Source: Archangium sp.
Lineage (GTDB): Bacteria > Myxococcota > Myxococcia > Myxococcales > Myxococcaceae
Assembly (NCBI GenBank): GCA_031367385.1
Contig: JANLPS010000514.1
Span: forward strand, 1-64,000
Length of the DNA stretch: 64,000 nucleotides
Direction: 5' to 3'
In this document: piece after piece, positions 60,272 to 64,000 of the stretch
How positions within the stretch are numbered: the first letter of the stretch is position 1
Layout of the letters: the number at the start of each line of letters is the position of its first letter
Made by a program: the position numbers and the translations under genes
The notes under the pieces: generated by a model
The model's database searches: none
Told to the model about the DNA's origin: nothing
What the model saw: the letters and a program-made list of their open reading frames with translations, nothing else

Positions 60272-61983
60272 CAAAACAAGAAGTACCGCTGCGCCATCGG
60301 CAGCACCGTCGCCGGAGCACAGGTCAAATGCGCGCCGTCGGCCCGCACCTCATACGTCTCTGGGTCGACCTCGAGCACCGGCATGGCGTCGTTGAGCTTC
60401 ATGTCTTTCTTGCCGATGTCTCGGCAGTGCGACACCGCGACCACCTTGCGAATCAGCCCATAGCGCTGCCCGAGGTCGAGCTTAGCTGCGGCTCTCGAAA
60501 CGAACGCCAGGCTCGTCTTGCCGCTCGCCTGCCCGAAGGCGCCGAACATCGGCCGCATCATCACCGGCTCGGGAGTGGGGATCGGCGCGTTGGCGTCGCC
60601 CATCTGCGCCCACGCGATGAAGCCACCTTTGATCACCAGCTCCGGTTTCACGCCGAAAAAACCAGGCCTCCACAGCACCAGGTCAGCCAGCTTGCCGACC
60701 TCGACCGAGCCCACGTGCGCCGAGACCCCGTGGGCGATCGCCGGGTTGATGGTGTACTTCGCCACGTACCGTCGAATGCGAAGGTTGTCGTCGCGCAGGT
60801 CACCCGGCAAGAACCCGCGTTGTGACTTCATCTTGTGCGCCGTCTGCCAGGTGCGAATCACCACCTCGCCGACCCGCCCCATTGCCTGGCTGTCGCTCGA
60901 CATCATGCTTATCGCGCCGAGGTCGTGGAGAATGTCCTCCGCGGCGATCGTCTCTGGCCGAATGCGACTCTCGGCGAACGCCACGTCTTCGGGCAGCGAC
61001 GGGTCGAGGTGGTGACACACCATCAACATGTCGAGGTGCTCATCGAGCGTGTTCACGGTGAACGGCCGGGTGGGGTTGGTCGAGCTGGGCAGCACGTTGG
61101 GCAACCCGCACACCTTGATGAGGTCAGGCGCGTGGCCGCCACCCGCACCCTCGGAGTGGTAGGTGTGAATCGTTCTGCCTTTGAACGCGGCGATCGAATC
61201 GTCGACGAACCCCGACTCATTGAGCGTGTCGGTGTGAATCGTCACCTGCACGTCGTGCTCGTCGGCCACGCTCAAACAACAATCGATGCTCGCCGGCGTC
61301 GTGCCCCAGTCTTCGTGGAGCTTGAGGCCCAGGGCTCCGGCCTCGAGCTGCTCGGCCAGGCCCTCGGGCCGCGACGTGTTGCCCTTGCCAGTGAAGCCGA
61401 AGTTCATCGGCCACCCGTCGGTCGACTGCAACATCAGCTTCAGCTGATCAGGTGACGGCGTGCAGGTCGTCGCCTTGGTGCCGGTGGCGGGCCCGGTGCC
61501 TCCGCCGATGAAGGTGGTGACCCCGCTCGCCAGCGCGACGGGTATCTGCTGCGGAGCGATGAAGTGAATGTGGCTGTCGATGGCCCCGGCGGTGACGATG
61601 TGGCCCTCGCCGGCGATCACCTCGGTGGTGACGCCGACGATCATGCCCGGGGTGACACCCGCCATCATGTCGGGGTTGCCCGCTTTGCCCAAACCGACGA
61701 TTCGCCCGTGCTTGATGCCGATGTCGCACTTGAAGATGCCCGACCAGTCGATCACCACCGCGTTGGTGATCACCACATCGAGCGCATCAGCCGCCGCGAC
61801 GCCGCTCGCCTGACCCATGCCATCGCGCAGCACCTTCCCGCCGCCGAACTTGCACTCATCTCCATACACGGTCGCGTCGCGCTCGATGCGAGCCACCAAC
61901 CCGGTGTCGGCCAGCCGAACCGTGTCTCCCGTGGTTGGCCCGAACATGTCGGCGTAGTGGGCGCGGCGCATGCGGTGGCTCAT
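60271..61983 (-). CDS. ureC: Urease alpha subunit
   Basis: [28 protein letters not shown] and SSDSQAMGR. Confidence 0.98.
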   Translation of the reverse strand: MSHRMRRAHYADMFGPTTGDTVRLADTGLVARIERDATVYGDECKFGGGKVLRDGMGQASGVAAADALDVVITNAVVIDWSGIFKCDIGIKHGRIVGLGKAGNPDMMAGVTPGMIVGVTTEVIAGEGHIVTAGAIDSHIHFIAPQQIPVALASGVTTFIGGGTGPATGTKATTCTPSPDQLKLMLQSTDGWPMNFGFTGKGNTSRPEGLAEQLEAGALGLKLHEDWGTTPASIDCCLSVADEHDVQVTIHTDTLNESGFVDDSIAAFKGRTIHTYHSEGAGGGHAPDLIKVCGLPNVLPSSTNPTRPFTVNTLDEHLDMLMVCHHLDPSLPEDVAFAESRIRPETIAAEDILHDLGAISMMSSDSQAMGRVGEVVIRTWQTAHKMKSQRGFLPGDLRDDNLRIRRYVAKYTINPAIAHGVSAHVGSVEVGKLADLVLWRPGFFGVKPELVIKGGFIAWAQMGDANAPIPTPEPVMMRPMFGAFGQASGKTSLAFVSRAAAKLDLGQRYGLIRKVVAVSHCRDIGKKDMKLNDAMPVLEVDPETYEVRADGAHLTCAPATVLPMAQRYFLF

Positions 61984-62744
61984 CGAGCGTTCTCCGATGG
62001 CACGTGCGCGAAGCCCATCGCTTCGGCCCGAGCACCGACGTCACCCGCATCGCGCACGGGCCCATCAATCAGCGCGTTGCCACCGCGCACCACCCGCAGC
62101 CCAGCGATCTCGACCAACGAGACCGTCTTGGTATCACCCGGCTCGAACCGCACCGCCATGCCGGCCGGTATGTTCAGACGCATGCCCGCAGCGGCCTGGC
62201 GGTCGAACGCAAGCGCGCGGTTGGTTTCGCTGAAATGGTAGTGGCTGCCGACTTGAATGGGTCGGTCGCCGCGATTCGTCACCGCCAGGCTCAGCATGCG
62301 ACGCCCGGCGTTGAGCTCGAGCTCCCCGGGCTCACTCGTCACCGCTCCCGGAGTCAGCTCGGACCATGCCTCGCTGAACCTCGAGAGCGCCGGCACCGGC
62401 AAGAAGCTGCCATACAGCGCCAGTGCCAAGTCGCCGTGCTCAGAGACGATCGGCCCGTGCACGGTGACCAGCTTCGACCCATCGGGGAACGTGCCCTCGA
62501 CCTGCACCTCACCAACGAGCTCGGCGACACCGTCCATCACCTGGCGGCGACCCAGCATCTGCTTGCCGAGCGACATCACCTCGGCCACTGACCGGCCGTC
62601 GCGAATCAGCTCGAGCAGCTGGGTCGCGATCAGCGCGACCGATTCAGGGTGATTGAGCCGCAGCCCACGCGCCAACCGCTTCTGGGCCAGCACCCCCGCC
62701 GCGTGCAGCACCAACTTGTCTTGCTCTGCGGGGGAAAGACGCAC
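61980..62744 (-). CDS. ureAB: Fused urease gamma/beta subunit
   Basis: Gamma domain ([22 protein letters not shown]) fused to a beta domain ([20 protein letters not shown]). Confidence 0.96.
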   Translation of the reverse strand: MRLSPAEQDKLVLHAAGVLAQKRLARGLRLNHPESVALIATQLLELIRDGRSVAEVMSLGKQMLGRRQVMDGVAELVGEVQVEGTFPDGSKLVTVHGPIVSEHGDLALALYGSFLPVPALSRFSEAWSELTPGAVTSEPGELELNAGRRMLSLAVTNRGDRPIQVGSHYHFSETNRALAFDRQAAAGMRLNIPAGMAVRFEPGDTKTVSLVEIAGLRVVRGGNALIDGPVRDAGDVGARAEAMGFAHVPSENAR

Positions 62745-62777
62745 CGCGTCGAACTAGCACCCGCTCGCTTAAAAGTC

Positions 62778-62805
62778 GTAAATTTAAGTACTCAGACCAT
62801 AATAC
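62778..62805. promoter_or_regulatory. NikR-like operator / internal promoter upstream of ureAB
   Basis: 28-bp dyad GTAAAT-N16-TAATAC, extending to TCGTA...TACGA, within an AT-rich ~60-bp island. Confidence 0.45.
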
Positions 62806-62825
62806 GAGTCATAAAAATCTCGAAT

Positions 62826-63641
62826 TTACCACTTGCGTGCGAGCGGGTCGTCGCCAAGCTGCAACGCCATTGGCCCCTGGAGCAGGGCTCGAAGCGCCGA
62901 GGTGAGTGACTCGATCGACGGAGCCGTCGCCCTCATCACCAACCCCCCGGGCCTGGGGCTCGCGGTGAGCAGCACCGGGTCTCTGGCCAATCGCTCCGCG
63001 ATGCGGGCCTGCGTCGACTCGACCAGGTCACCGAATGCGGGGCCCACCACAGTCACCGTGGCGACCGCTTCAACGCCAGTCATTCGCTCACTCAGCGCGC
63101 CGTGCTCAGCCGACAACAACGTCGACTCGCGCAGCCACGGCTGACCGGCGACGTCGATCGACAGGCGATTCGCGAAGCGGTTGAAGGCCCAGCGTTCACC
63201 TTGCGAAACGCGCCCTGCCGTCAGCACATCGACCCACATCACCGACGCCTTCGCCGACAGCGAGACCCGCTGTGTCTGTCGCAACGACGCCCCGGCGAAA
63301 CACGTCACCGCATCGGGCCACACCACGAGCGTGCCTGAGCCCTCGACCGACGCGGTGACATCGAAGGTCGAATTCGACGCGCGGTACGCCTTGCTCGAAG
63401 CCTGCGACGACAAAAAGCAGGTCGCGCCATCTCCGACCGCCAGGTCGAGCGCCACCGAATCTGCACCAACGAACCCTCCGCCGAGGCTCGACACGTACAA
63501 CCACGCCGCGTGCCCATGGTTCGAAGGCGTCAACACTCTCAGCGGGCTGTGCGACTTGAGCCCCGTCACCTCAGAGCGATGACCGACGCGCTCGACGCGA
63601 GCGGCAGACACCCTGTTCTCGAGCTGCGGAGCGCTCAGCAT
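62826..63641 (-). CDS. ureD: Urease accessory protein UreD
   Basis: SPLRVL, GGG.VG.D, SSQASSKAY and GR...GERWAF. Confidence 0.9.
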   Translation of the reverse strand: MLSAPQLENRVSAARVERVGHRSEVTGLKSHSPLRVLTPSNHGHAAWLYVSSLGGGFVGADSVALDLAVGDGATCFLSSQASSKAYRASNSTFDVTASVEGSGTLVVWPDAVTCFAGASLRQTQRVSLSAKASVMWVDVLTAGRVSQGERWAFNRFANRLSIDVAGQPWLRESTLLSAEHGALSERMTGVEAVATVTVVGPAFGDLVESTQARIAERLARDPVLLTASPRPGGLVMRATAPSIESLTSALRALLQGPMALQLGDDPLARKW

Positions 63642-63701
63642 CAAGGGTTGAGTTACCGCACACTCCGACGAGTTGACCGCGAAATCTGCGCTCAGCGAGC
63701 A

Positions 63702-64000
63702 CTACCAGCCGAAGGTCGACGCGAGGCCGAACTGGGGCACGAGGGGTGTGAAGGTCTTGAAGTCGATGGTCTTCACCAACCCAAGCTCCGGTATCACCCA
63801 CAGCTCGCGCCACAATCGAAACGCCACCGCGATGGTGCCCCCAGCCGAAAGCCACACCCCTTGATCGGGCACCGCGTACTTCGGGTCTGGCCCCGCGATG
63901 AGTTGAGGCCCCAGCACGAATCGAAATCGGTCGTCGACTCCGGCACTCACCAAGACCGCCGCGCGAAGCACACCGTTGCCAGCGCCGGAGCAACCGATGC
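63702..64000 (-). CDS. C-terminal part of a probable outer-membrane beta-barrel protein (gene starts outside the window)
   Basis: Open frame from the window edge, amphipathic strands, ends in ...FGLASTFGW. Confidence 0.5.
   Translation of the reverse strand, partial: IGCSGAGNGVLRAAVLVSAGVDDRFRFVLGPQLIAGPDPKYAVPDQGVWLSAGGTIAVAFRLWRELWVIPELGLVKTIDFKTFTPLVPQFGLASTFGW

Noticed and set aside
1..64000. Many long overlapping or antisense ORFs in the six-frame track (for example 8224-9516+, 22246-23391+, 46597-47871+, 34434-35672-)
   Set aside because: They are shadow ORFs expected in high-GC DNA, lie opposite well-supported genes, are Arg/Ala/Pro/Ser-rich and have no recognisable motifs.
1..64000. 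CRISPR arrays, tRNA/rRNA genes, IS elements, prophage or defence genes
   Set aside because: No spaced direct repeats, cloverleaf structures, or transposase, integrase or nuclease motifs seen by eye.

Overview
GC-rich (~65%) chromosomal segment that looks myxobacterial (MYXO-CTERM protein, DAG-rich linkers, aibRABC operon, TIGR02996-type domain, several sigma54 activators). It holds about 50 densely packed genes. I saw no rRNA, tRNA, CRISPR array or intact mobile element. Recognisable modules are a partial allantoicase, a Mesh1-like HD hydrolase, a CLC-F-type anion transporter, M3 and M14 peptidases, pirin, the alternative isovaleryl-CoA pathway (aibRABC, here without mvaS), AdaA/AlkA with Ogt, a DUF3494 ice-binding lipoprotein divergent from OmpA, a heterodimeric ABC exporter, cdd, a RapA-like SNF2 ATPase, an HTH-citrate-synthase pseudoenzyme paired with a citrate synthase, and a urease operon. 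The best leads are: (1) a plant/fungal-like urease system (fused gamma-beta subunit with a eukaryote-type linker, His-rich UreG, no UreE, NikR-like operator); (2) a PilZ-fused sigma54 activator flanked by matching binding sites, between a GT4/GT-C operon and two glycan-related lipoproteins; (3) a 36-aa double-glycine leader peptide missing from the ORF track, sharing a promoter motif with a LysM gene; (4) three sigma54 promoters placed at exactly the same distance from their ATG, suggesting leaderless mRNAs. All family assignments come from motif recognition by eye; no database searches were run.
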